Source: Armatimonadota bacterium (GTDB lineage: Bacteria; Armatimonadota; HRBIN16). Taken from it: 64,000 bases of DNA. The position numbers and the translations under genes are program-made. Location: contig OY781964.1 of NCBI GenBank assembly GCA_963677485.1, forward strand, positions 2,592,001 to 2,656,000, written 5' to 3'. The notes beneath the pieces are model-generated. The model was not told the DNA's origin. It was given only the letters and a program-made list of their open reading frames with translations, and did not search any database. This document shows, piece by piece, positions 52,733 to 62,278 of this stretch (position 1 is its first letter; each line of letters begins with the position of its first letter).

Positions 52733-54435
52733 AGTTGCCGCTGTTTTTGTGCGTGTTATTGGCCACCGTGAGCTTTGGTGGTTTGCCGGTCGAGGCCAGC
52801 AAAGCCTCCGATCTCCACGTGAAGAGTTACGGGGCCTTGCCGGACGACGGGCTTGACGACACGAAGGCAATCCTGACCGCCCTGAGCTATTGTAAAGCCC
52901 AAAAGAGCAAACGGCTGCTGCTTGCCAGCGGCATCTATGACATCTCAGTAGGGGTAGAGAAGGAGGCTGTGTTCGATCTGGCGGGTTACCAAAACCTCAG
53001 CATGGAGGGTCATGACACCCAGTTTCTGGTGCATGGTATGGGCGGCGTATTAAAGCTTTCGAACTGCAGTAAAGTGACTATTAAAGGGTTGAGCATCGAC
53101 TACGCGTATGTCCCGTTCTCAGAGGCCAAAGTGGTGGCAGTCGATGGTCAGCACTTCGACGTGGAGTTTGCCCCGGATCGAACCTGCTTCAGCGGCATGG
53201 GCGTGATCGCTTATATGGACTTCGAGCCTGACACCCGCCTTCCTGTGCAGCATGGGATCGACGCCTACAACACGGTGATATCCACGGAGCTTGTGAAACC
53301 GCAGGTGCTGCGTCTCAACCTGAGCGATAAGGCCACCATCAAGCCCGGTAAGCTGGTGCTGCTGCGGCACTGGGTCTACAACTGTGATGCCTTTACCCTC
53401 ACAAAATGCTCGGACTTCCGTATGGAGCAGGTCACCATCTACACCGCACCAGGGATGGCGGTTCGCTCAATGGCCTGTCAGAACCTCACATTTACCAAAC
53501 TGCGGATTGTGCCCAAGCAGGGCCGGTTGATGTCCACCACGGCCGATGGGCTGCACATCATAGGCTGTAAAGGAGCTGTGACGGTCAACGGATGTGAGTT
53601 TGAGGGTATGGGCGATGATGCCATCAATATCTACCCAGGCCTCTACCTCACCGCACTGGAGAAGCCCACGGAGAGCTCCATCATCGGACGTCACAACCTG
53701 AAGATCGCCGACCCACCCGACCCCGGCGAGACCATGGAGCTGGTGCATCAAGAGACCCTGCTTCGTTACGGCACCGCCGTGGTGAAGAATATTGAGCGGA
53801 ACCCGAAGGATAAGACCTATCGGGTGGTGTTCACGAAGCCCCTGCCGGCAGAGTTCAAAATCGGCGATGTAATCTGTAACGCCACCAGACTGGCCAAAGT
53901 GCGCATATCGAACTGCTCCATCAGTAAGAACCGCGCCAGAGGGTTCCTGGTGCAGGGGCGCGACATCGAGGTGAAGAACTGCCGGTTCAATAACTGCACC
54001 TCCGGTGGCGTGTGGGTGATCCCGGAGGTCACCTTCTTCTACCAGGGAGTTGGATCACGGGATGTGGTGATCTGCGACAACCAGTTCACAAATTGCAACT
54101 ACTCGGGCCCCATTGGCGAGGGTGTGATTTCCGTGTGTGCCTATCTGAACAACTTTGGATACCCCACAATACCGGGCGTGCATCGGAATATCCGAATTGA
54201 GAACAACACCATCAATGGCTCGGATAACTCCGGCATTTTCATTACTGGGGTGGATGGCCTGAGGATCACCGGCAACACGCTGACCAACGTCTGCCGGAAG
54301 CCCACCTGGCCCACGGGAGTATCCGCGGTCCACATCCAGGGCAGCCGAAAGGTGACGATGCGTGGCAACACCATCGACGAATCCGCACAGGGAGCGGGCA
54401 TGAAGACCGTCCTGCGTGAGGTCCAATCCGACTGA
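52729..54435 (+). CDS. Secreted right-handed beta-helix protein, GH110 alpha-galactosidase-like
   Basis: Signal peptide, YGALPDDGLDDT, STTADGLH, GMGDDAIN, NRARG. Confidence 0.75.
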   Translation: MKLPLFLCVLLATVSFGGLPVEASKASDLHVKSYGALPDDGLDDTKAILTALSYCKAQKSKRLLLASGIYDISVGVEKEAVFDLAGYQNLSMEGHDTQFLVHGMGGVLKLSNCSKVTIKGLSIDYAYVPFSEAKVVAVDGQHFDVEFAPDRTCFSGMGVIAYMDFEPDTRLPVQHGIDAYNTVISTELVKPQVLRLNLSDKATIKPGKLVLLRHWVYNCDAFTLTKCSDFRMEQVTIYTAPGMAVRSMACQNLTFTKLRIVPKQGRLMSTTADGLHIIGCKGAVTVNGCEFEGMGDDAINIYPGLYLTALEKPTESSIIGRHNLKIADPPDPGETMELVHQETLLRYGTAVVKNIERNPKDKTYRVVFTKPLPAEFKIGDVICNATRLAKVRISNCSISKNRARGFLVQGRDIEVKNCRFNNCTSGGVWVIPEVTFFYQGVGSRDVVICDNQFTNCNYSGPIGEGVISVCAYLNNFGYPTIPGVHRNIRIENNTINGSDNSGIFITGVDGLRITGNTLTNVCRKPTWPTGVSAVHIQGSRKVTMRGNTIDESAQGAGMKTVLREVQSD

Positions 54436-54600
54436 TCCGTGAAGCCGACTGGTGTATAGGCTATCCGCTAACAGACGTGGCCATGTGTCCTTCGCGTCTT
54501 CGCGTCTTCGCGTGAGATGATACCCCTTTCATGGGTAAGGGCAGGGATTTCCCTCGTCTTTGGTGAAATAGGTACTATTATGATGCCAAAGGAGTCAAAT

Positions 54601-55869
54601 ATGCGCATAGGAACAATCATCATCAGCAGCTTACTGCTTGCCGGTCTGGCAGCGGCCACTCAGGCCGCTAAGGAGAACCCGTATACGGCCGGACGTGTCA
54701 ACGCCCGTGATTTCATCATCCTGCCCTGGGGCGGAATGCCCGATCTGGACAAAACCAGCGACCCTTGGCTGAAGGGCTTCTGGGGAAGCACCCATGACAT
54801 GGACGCCACGATGAAGGATCTGTGGGAGTGCGGCTTCAACGCCACCGGGTTTGCCCCGATATCCACACTGAAGTATGCAGAGAAATATGGCCTTGGGGTC
54901 ATCACTTCGGACAACCCCATCAGGGAAAAGATGACCGATGAGCAAGCCGCTGATGCGGTGAAAAAGCTGATCGCCTCCGCCAAAGGCAGTCCGGCACTGA
55001 TCGGGGTCAACCTGCGCGATGAGCCGCTGCCTTCGGATTTCCCGTGGCTGTCGTTCATGGTAAAGGCGGTGCGCAAAGCCGACCCCAAACTGCTGCCGTA
55101 TATTAACCTATATCCCAGCACGATGGCCTTCCCGTTTTTCGGCTGCACTAGCTATGGCGACTACGTAGATCAGTTCGTCAAAGGCTGCAGCCCCTCATTC
55201 CTCAGCTATGACAACTACTCGATGGTGGAAGGTGCTAGCTTTTTAGACGACCAGTTCTATGCCAACCTGGAAGATATGCGCAAGAAGTCGCTGGAGTATA
55301 ACCTGCCGTTTTGGAATATCATCCTCGGCAACTGCCACTTCACGTATGCTCAGCCCACTCAAGCCACCATCAACGTGCAGGCCTTTTCCAGCCTGGCTTA
55401 CGGTGTGCGCGGCCTGTCCTACTTCACCTACTATGCGCCGATCTCAGGTAACTACCGGCTGGCGGCGGTCGACCAGTTTGGCAAACGGACGGACACCTGG
55501 GACTACATCCGGTCGGTGAACTACCAGATACATAAGCTGGCCCCGACCTATCTCAAGCTGAAAAGCGTGAATGTGTTCCACACCAACGGCAAACTGCCCC
55601 GACTGTGCCAGGGGATCGAGACCAGCAAGTATCTGAACAAGGTGGATGGCCGAAACCTGCTGGTGGGTGAGTTCGCCGGGCCAGATAACACGCCCTATAT
55701 CATCGTGGTGAACAAGAGCATCACCAACAGCACCTCATTCGGCGTGGAGTTCAAAGAGAAGGGCACCATCAAGTGCGTGAACGCCTACCGCGGCAACGTG
55801 GTTGACCATACTGGGGAGAACGTGTTCCTGGCCCCTGGTCAGGGCATGATGCTGTTTTTGCAGAAGTAA
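54601..55869 (+). CDS. Secreted glycoside-hydrolase-like protein, paralog 1
   Basis: Signal peptide; ECGFN, LRDEP, YINLYP, LSYDNY, LAYGVRGLSYFTY. Confidence 0.65.
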   Translation: MRIGTIIISSLLLAGLAAATQAAKENPYTAGRVNARDFIILPWGGMPDLDKTSDPWLKGFWGSTHDMDATMKDLWECGFNATGFAPISTLKYAEKYGLGVITSDNPIREKMTDEQAADAVKKLIASAKGSPALIGVNLRDEPLPSDFPWLSFMVKAVRKADPKLLPYINLYPSTMAFPFFGCTSYGDYVDQFVKGCSPSFLSYDNYSMVEGASFLDDQFYANLEDMRKKSLEYNLPFWNIILGNCHFTYAQPTQATINVQAFSSLAYGVRGLSYFTYYAPISGNYRLAAVDQFGKRTDTWDYIRSVNYQIHKLAPTYLKLKSVNVFHTNGKLPRLCQGIETSKYLNKVDGRNLLVGEFAGPDNTPYIIVVNKSITNSTSFGVEFKEKGTIKCVNAYRGNVVDHTGENVFLAPGQGMMLFLQK

Positions 55870-55938
55870 ACATCCCGCAGGATGATAAGATAATTGCGAT
55901 TTAGAGCGGTGCAGGTAAACTGCACGAGGAGGTCGGCA

Positions 55939-57207
55939 ATGCGGATCGGAACCATATTGATAAGCAGCTTACTACTGGCAAGCCTGGCAGTGGGCTCTCA
56001 AGCCAAAAAGGAGGACAATGTGTACACAACCGGACGTGTCAACGCGCATGATTTCATGATTTTCCCATGGGGCAGCATGCCCGCGGAGGGCGAAATCGGC
56101 AGCTATATGCCGGAAGGCCCCGCGGGGAAGAAGCCCAACTGGGACAGCACCATGAAGGATCTGTGGGAGTGCGGCTTCAACGCCACCGGCTTCACCAGCC
56201 TGGATGCCCTCCCCACCGCGAAAAAGTATGGTCTTGGGGTGTTTGCTCAGAACAACCCCATGAACCCGCAGATGACGGAGGAGCAGGCGGTTCAGGCCGT
56301 CAAGAAGCTGCTGGATTCTTGCCACAACGACCCGGCTCTGCTGGGCATCTACATCCGCGATGAGCCCAACTCCGCGGATTTCCCGCATTTGGCGATGATG
56401 TCCCGAGCCACGCAGAAGGCCAGCAAAACCCTGCTGCCATACCTGAACCTGCTGCCCGACTACGCCACCAATGGGCAACTGGGCGCCGAAAGCTACGGTG
56501 AATACATCGACAAGTTCGTGAAGACCTGCAGCCCCGTGTTCCTGAGTTATGACAACTACTCGCTCTTCGAGGGCACTGGACTCAATGAGGACCGATTTTA
56601 CTCCAACCTGGAGTCGATGCGGGCCAAAGGACTGCAGCACAACCTGCCCTTCTGGAACATCGTGCTGGGCAACTGCCACTTCGAGTACCAGGAGCCTTCA
56701 CAGGCTACCATCAACGTGCAGGTATGGTCAAGCCTGGCGTATGGTGCCCGCGGCATCAGCTACTTCACCTACTATGCGCCGCTGATCGGCAACTACCGGT
56801 CGGCGTCGATCGACCAGTTCGGGTTCCGCACCAAGACCTGGGGCTACATCCAGCATATGAACTACCAAATTCACAAACTGGCACCCATCTATCTCAAGCT
56901 GAAGAGCGTGAATGTGTTCCACACCGGCTACATGCCCAAAGGCAGCCAGGGGTTGGAGAGCAGTCACTACCTCAGCGGCATCGAGGGTAAGAACCTGCTG
57001 GTGGGTGAGTTCATGGGGCCGAATCAGCAGCAGTATGTGCTCGTGGTAAACAAGAGCACCACCAACAGCACCTGGTTCAACCCCGCTTTCAAGGATAAGG
57101 GCACTGTCATGTGCGTGAACGCATACCGCGGCATCGAGTGGGGATTTACGGGCGAGAACCTGTACCTGGCCCCCGGCCAGGGGATGCTGCTGTATCTGAA
57201 GAAGTAG
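55939..57207 (+). CDS. Secreted glycoside-hydrolase-like protein, paralog 2
   Basis: GAGGAGG RBS; same motifs as paralog 1. Confidence 0.65.
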   Translation: MRIGTILISSLLLASLAVGSQAKKEDNVYTTGRVNAHDFMIFPWGSMPAEGEIGSYMPEGPAGKKPNWDSTMKDLWECGFNATGFTSLDALPTAKKYGLGVFAQNNPMNPQMTEEQAVQAVKKLLDSCHNDPALLGIYIRDEPNSADFPHLAMMSRATQKASKTLLPYLNLLPDYATNGQLGAESYGEYIDKFVKTCSPVFLSYDNYSLFEGTGLNEDRFYSNLESMRAKGLQHNLPFWNIVLGNCHFEYQEPSQATINVQVWSSLAYGARGISYFTYYAPLIGNYRSASIDQFGFRTKTWGYIQHMNYQIHKLAPIYLKLKSVNVFHTGYMPKGSQGLESSHYLSGIEGKNLLVGEFMGPNQQQYVLVVNKSTTNSTWFNPAFKDKGTVMCVNAYRGIEWGFTGENLYLAPGQGMLLYLKK

Positions 57208-57270
57208 CGGAAGCTTCGGTCTGCTGCTGGCTAGTCCAGCAGCAGACTTGCGGACATCGAGATAGTGTGG

Positions 57271-57702
57271 CTAATCACATACTTCAGGGATAAATTCCAG
57301 AGGTGACTTAATTTTGTGTTTTTCCATGAACACTTGGGATGCGTTATCATCCTTCGCACGATATTTATAACCGTATTGCCTATTGATGAACAGAACGCCG
57401 TCACCTGCCTTAAGTTTCAAGATTATGTAATGCGGTGTGAGCTCAATACCTTCGATTCGAAAAGGGATATCGACTGACGACCATGTAGACGAATTGCCGT
57501 GCTGGATTGCTCGTTGAGGTGAGAAACAGTTACCTGTTGGATCTAAGATGAGACTATCACCTCCAGGGAACTTATATTCGTCACAACCATACACTCTTAC
57601 TCTGCTGAGCATTATATGGAGATAGCTACCGATGAACACCGCTGAGACGACACAGCATATTATGATTGTCAGCCAATTCCAAGCCTTGCGCGTTTGTTTC
57701 AT
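57271..57702 (-). CDS. Hypothetical membrane-anchored protein (AT-rich)
   Basis: 143-aa ORF with an N-terminal TM helix. Confidence 0.55.
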   Translation of the reverse strand: MKQTRKAWNWLTIIICCVVSAVFIGSYLHIMLSRVRVYGCDEYKFPGGDSLILDPTGNCFSPQRAIQHGNSSTWSSVDIPFRIEGIELTPHYIILKLKAGDGVLFINRQYGYKYRAKDDNASQVFMEKHKIKSPLEFIPEVCD

Positions 57703-58752
57703 AGTGCCACCTGCGAGATCATCTTAATACGTAATCTACTCCCGCTTGATATCACTATACGCTATCGTTTCATGGCTGTCAAAAGCACGCACATCCCCGT
57801 CGTAACAACCGATCGACCGGACGGGGGTAGGGTATCGTGGACTTTTCCAGGGGTTTCGCTGCGCTCACCCCTGGCTGTAAATCGAGTAGGCGGGCTGTTA
57901 CCCCCGCCTCTCACACCACCGGACGTGCCATTTATGGCATCCGGCGGTTTCTACCCTGTTATCTCAGACTACACCCATGCGCAAGAGCTGGAACTCCAAT
58001 AAACCTAAACCACTGATTGTCCATGGCGTAGTGCGATGGTTTCGACTTCGATATATGCCACCATCCCTTGGATGACCCTGCTAGAGCCCGTGCGGCCCAG
58101 TCGCTCACATACCGCGACCGCAGGAAGTAATATATACCTGACGCCACCTTACACTGTTTCAGTCTGTAACAACGGACCCGTCTTCGGACCCAGCCGTCCA
58201 GACCTTCAAACAGGCTCTTCGACCAATTCAACTTAAAGTAGTGATACCACCCTATAAGAAACTGGCGAAGCTCCCGACATATCATCCACAAAGCACGGCC
58301 TCGGTTGCGTGATGAGATTTCGCGGATTTTCTCGTGGAATTTCACAACACTCTGAGGAGATACTTCCAGTCTTCCGTCCCGAAGGATACGGTAGCTTAGA
58401 AACTTGCGCTGATCCACCACGTCCACTGCACTCTTCTTGGCATTCACCACCAGCTTCAACCTCTTCTGAAGAAACTGCGTGATCGAGGTCATCACCCGTT
58501 CGCCAGCAACCTGACTGCGCACATATATGTTGCAGTCATCGGCATAGCGGCAGAAGCGGTGGCCTCGCTTTTCGAGTTCCTTGTCGAGTTCATCGAGCAG
58601 GATGTTGGACAGCAAAGGAGACAGTGGGCCGCCCTGGGGCGTCCCCTCATCCGATGACACGCACACGCCCTCCTGCATCATGCCAGCCGTAAGAAAACGG
58701 CGGATGAGCCGAAGAACTGTCTTGTCAGTGATACGTCGAGATAACCGTTCCA

Positions 58753-60412
58753 TTAGTATCTTACCAACCATATTTTGAACACGGTGTATAGAATATTCTG
58801 ATATTACGCACCACACAAAGCGTTAGGCACAACGATCTGGCGAATAGCAAGTGCTGCCATGATGATACGCTTGCCAAGTGCAGTGAGGTAGTATTTGTAG
58901 CGTTTACCGCATTTTTTAACGAGCCGGAATACTCGGCATCGCTTGATGAAGTATGATATCTGAGAGCTGGACATCTGCGGTAAGGCTTTTTGAAGCATAC
59001 GGTTTGTGATCCCGCTGATGCATCCCTCTCCGCGAGCAAGTGCAATGAGACATTCCAAATCCTTCTTGAGGAAAAGGTTGAATCCTCGATACGAGCGATG
59101 ATCACGGGTGGTCGAGGTCGCGATTTTGATGATCTGATGTTCACCATCGCTGTTGTCATCAAGGGCGGAAAGAAAGTCAAGATATCTGTTGTTTGCAGAT
59201 AATAACAGTTCCCTCAATGGAGGAAGGCTGTAGATGGTCTTTTGCATAGGGGCGTATTTAATCTCAGTCGTCCCATCATGATGTTCTACCTCACGGTAGT
59301 GTTTAAATTCAGAGACGTCATTCACAGTCGTCTCGATACGCAAGATTATCCCTTGCTTGTCATACATTTTGATAGAAGCCCATCCCATGTAGTGTTTGAT
59401 GCGCGTGCCTTGTATGCGGCGATCGAACTTGTAGTCAGTGCCGATCTCAGCGAGTGTTCGCCCATCAAGTTTCTTACCAAGAAACATCGCGATAGACTCT
59501 GGCGTTACCGTATGTATCGCTGTTTTGACTAGATTATCGTAGATGGCTTTGAGGTCTTCGGCGCGTTTGAACACGATGTCTGTAGCATATTCCACCTGCA
59601 TTAGCGACCAATGATATGAATTGTCAGCAAGCCGTATCACGGGGCAATACATTCTGGCAAATGCATCCAGCGCATGGTGCAGCTTATCAGCAGGAAAAGC
59701 GTCTGCCAGCCTCTGAGCACAGCTAAAGTCGTCGATTTTTACAAAGGCGTTGTCCAGTGGAGTGAAAACTACTCCCTCGGATTGAAGGCAATGCGCGAGA
59801 TAATTGTGTCCATTACAATAGAATTGCAGACGGAAGGGCACCCAGGTCGGAACTCGTAGATAGCACAGTCCAAACTCTGCATCGATGAAATAGAAGTAGT
59901 AATGAAGACACTTGGTCTCCTTGATATTCAGCCGGGTTTTGTGGGTAATCTTGTCGTGCCACGGGGTGTATGCAGGACATTTTTCCAACACTGAGAATAT
60001 GTGGACGAGACCGGGGTGACACCCTCGACTACTAATGATCTCTTTGATGCGGTCTTCTTTTCGAAATGAAGAGGCACGGCGTATATACTCAATTTCAATG
60101 CTGTTGGTAACGGCAAGGCGTTCCGCATTGGCTTTGATCTCATCTCGTAGAGGTTCGGCAAATTCCTTAGGAAAGTCAAATAGCCTGATGTTGCGTTGAT
60201 GAAGATAGATGCCCATTCCGTCGCTATGACACCAGCCTGGGATTGTACCGGTGATAACTATGCGGTCGAAGCATGAATATACCCCAGCTATCTGCTTTGC
60301 ATAGCGTTCTTGAAGTGATGTCATTCTGGGCAACCTCACGAAAGGGTGTTTGAATGTATATTACGTGGCGAATGCAATCATTCCTTTTTTGGTTGCGGCT
60401 AAGCCGCCTTAG
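58753..60412 (-). mobile_element. IS-like element (1656 bp counting one CTAA copy) inside the intron RT gene
   Basis: TTAG on the + strand at 58753-58756 and 60409-60412; deleting 58757-60412 restores the RT codons HDILMERL. AT-richer than its flanks. Confidence 0.88.
58804..60324 (-). CDS. Putative transposase with Rep_trans-like motifs and C-terminal winged helix
   Basis: Only long ORF in the element. QVEYATD, SIKMYDK, LRIETT; wHTH-like ITNRMLQ..SSSQISYFIKR..YYLTALG. Confidence 0.7.
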   Translation of the reverse strand: MTSLQERYAKQIAGVYSCFDRIVITGTIPGWCHSDGMGIYLHQRNIRLFDFPKEFAEPLRDEIKANAERLAVTNSIEIEYIRRASSFRKEDRIKEIISSRGCHPGLVHIFSVLEKCPAYTPWHDKITHKTRLNIKETKCLHYYFYFIDAEFGLCYLRVPTWVPFRLQFYCNGHNYLAHCLQSEGVVFTPLDNAFVKIDDFSCAQRLADAFPADKLHHALDAFARMYCPVIRLADNSYHWSLMQVEYATDIVFKRAEDLKAIYDNLVKTAIHTVTPESIAMFLGKKLDGRTLAEIGTDYKFDRRIQGTRIKHYMGWASIKMYDKQGIILRIETTVNDVSEFKHYREVEHHDGTTEIKYAPMQKTIYSLPPLRELLLSANNRYLDFLSALDDNSDGEHQIIKIATSTTRDHRSYRGFNLFLKKDLECLIALARGEGCISGITNRMLQKALPQMSSSQISYFIKRCRVFRLVKKCGKRYKYYLTALGKRIIMAALAIRQIVVPNALCGA

Positions 60413-61423
60413 GATATCATGGTTTACCCGGTCGAAGAACTTTTCTAGGTCGAGATCGACGACTATCGTATAGCCGTCTTTCACGAAGGCAGCACCCGCC
60501 TTCAGGGCATCGTGAGCACTTCGCTTCGGGCGGAAGCCATAACTCGACCGCGAAAAGGTGCGGTCGAACATTGGCCCCAGTATCTGGAATATCGCCTGTT
60601 GAACCAGACGGTCTTTCACCGTCGGGATACCGAGTTGTCTCTCACCTCCGCCGGGTTTGGGGATCTGCACCCCTCGCACCGGTGTAGGCAGATACTTCTC
60701 GGTCAACAGCTGTGCTTGCAGCGTGGTCAAGTGGTCGGGAAGCCATTTCGCCAGTTCATCGACGGTCATACCGTCTATCCCTGCCGATCCTTTGTTGGAC
60801 TTCACCTTCTTGCACGCTAAACGCAGGTTCGCCGGACTGGCGATCTGCTTCATGAGCGATAGGTCTGCGGATCGATCCTCTATCGGTGCCATGGACACTT
60901 GACGCTCCACCGCAGCACCTGAATTGGGAGTTCCACCCTTTCCAGTTGGTGCGTGGCAAGCGGCTTCAAATTCTGGTAATACCAGTTGATAGCCAGCTCC
61001 TTGCTGCTTCTTCATGTTCATAAACCTCCAGCGTCTTTCCGACATGGTAAATTCGGCCCTTCGTCTGACAAAGGCAGACTACTATGGCTTCTGCTGACTT
61101 CCTGATCTCCATCCGCTTTCCTCTCGGTCGGCATAGCCCGAAGGCGGAGGTCAGGATCTCTCAGGATAAGGCGTGTTACTTTCCCTTGGTGCGAATTGGA
61201 TCTACACATATAGCTTTTAGCGAAATATCGGGCTTAGTGCGATCCGCCACCATACCCGCCATATGTGCCTCATATCCACTTACTGTTCGTTCCGTCCAAG
61301 GTTCGCCGCCAGCTTCCTTCAGACCCCGCCTTACGACGACGCCCTTGCTCTTGGCTATGTGGTTCCGTTTCGCCACGGCCCCTTGGGAACTTACATCCCA
61401 GCAACACGTCATGCCTGACGTAC

Positions 61424-61950
61424 GAATCTTACCCACTTCGTGGGTGCCCGGACGGCCTTGCTGCGCCTCAGACTGCTTCAGCAGTCTAGTGGTCAATAGC
61501 CGAGACATTTATGTCGCGGTGAAATGGCGGTTGTTGTAGACGAACTGGCGTATTACCGAAGACCCCCGTTCGGGGGTAGGGGTTCGTGGCCTTTTCCAGG
61601 GGTATCGCTTCGCTCACCCCTGGCTGTAAGAATCTTACCCACTTCGTGGGTGCCCGGACGGCCTTGCGGCGCCTCAGACTGCTTCAGCAGGCTTAGTGGT
61701 CAATAGCCGAGACATTTATGTCGCGGTGAAATGGCGGCTGTTGTAGAGGAACTGGCGCATTACCGAAGACCCCCGTTCGGGGGTAGGGTTTACGGGCCTT
61801 TTCCAGGGGTATCGCTTCGCTCACCCCTGGCTGTAAGAATCTTACCCACTTCGTGGGTGCCCGGACGGCCTTGCTGCGCCTCAGACTGCTTCAGCAGTCT
61901 AGTGGTCAATAGCCGAGACATTTATGTCGCGGTGAAATGGCGGTTGTTGT
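61424..61950. repeat. Tandem ~206-bp multi-hairpin REP-like array
   Basis: Units start GAATCTTACCCACTTCGTGGGTGCCC at 61424, 61630 and 61837. Confidence 0.9.
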
Positions 61951-61984
61951 AAGCACTCCGCCAAACCGGCGCCGACATTCCCCA

Positions 61985-62160
61985 TTTGTGTTCATTCGTG
62001 TGTATTCGTGGTTAACATAAGACCTGTAGGATGAGGTGGACGAGTAGGACCGCATCGGGCCCTTTGCGTCATTTCGTTGAATCCACCCTTCGTGTTCATT
62101 CGTGTGAATTCGTGGTTAAAGAAGACCTGTAGGATGAGTATGACGAGTAGGACCGCTACC
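61985..62160. repeat. Periodic repeat half-sites (duplicated)
   Basis: GTGTTCATTCGTGTG..TTCGTGGTT and GACCTGTAGGATGAG..GACGAGTAGGACCG each occur twice. Confidence 0.7.
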
Positions 62161-62278
62161 GGCCCCTTTCCGTCTTTGCGTGGAATTGCCCGTGCTATCC
62201 GCCAACCCCCGGGTATCATGTTAGTGTGGTCCAGCAAGACCATCCACCTTCCACACAACGATGTCACGAGGAGTTGAT

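Larger units (their letters stand above)
57959..61021 (-). pseudogene. ltrA: Intron reverse transcriptase/maturase (no endonuclease domain), split by an insertion
   Basis: N-part ..GIDG..IPKPGGGERQLGIPTVKDR..DLEKFFDRVNHDIL; C-part MERL..GTPQGGPLSPLLSNI..RYADD. The two parts rejoin in frame to ~468 aa. Confidence 0.92.
57881..61423 (-). mobile_element. Group II intron, class IIC, interrupted by an insertion element
   Basis: 5' end GTACGTCAGGCATG; AAGTCAGCAGAAGCCATAGTAG..GAAGGGCCGAA before the ORF; domains V/VI GAAACCGCCGGATG..CACGTCCGGTGGTGTGAGAGG..CCTACTCGAT. Removing it restores the repeat CTGGCTGTAA|GAATCTTACCC. Confidence 0.92.

Noticed and set aside
57959-61045. RT as a retron, DGR or defence RT
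   Set aside because: It is enclosed by recognisable group II intron 5' and domain V/VI sequences and has intron-type RT motifs.
57959-61045. ORFs 57959..58816 and 60224..61045 as two separate genes
   Set aside because: They are halves of one RT gene; their extra termini are read-through into the inserted element.
61424-61950. Possible CRISPR array
   Set aside because: Units are ~206 bp and nearly identical throughout, with no unique spacers and no cas genes in the window.
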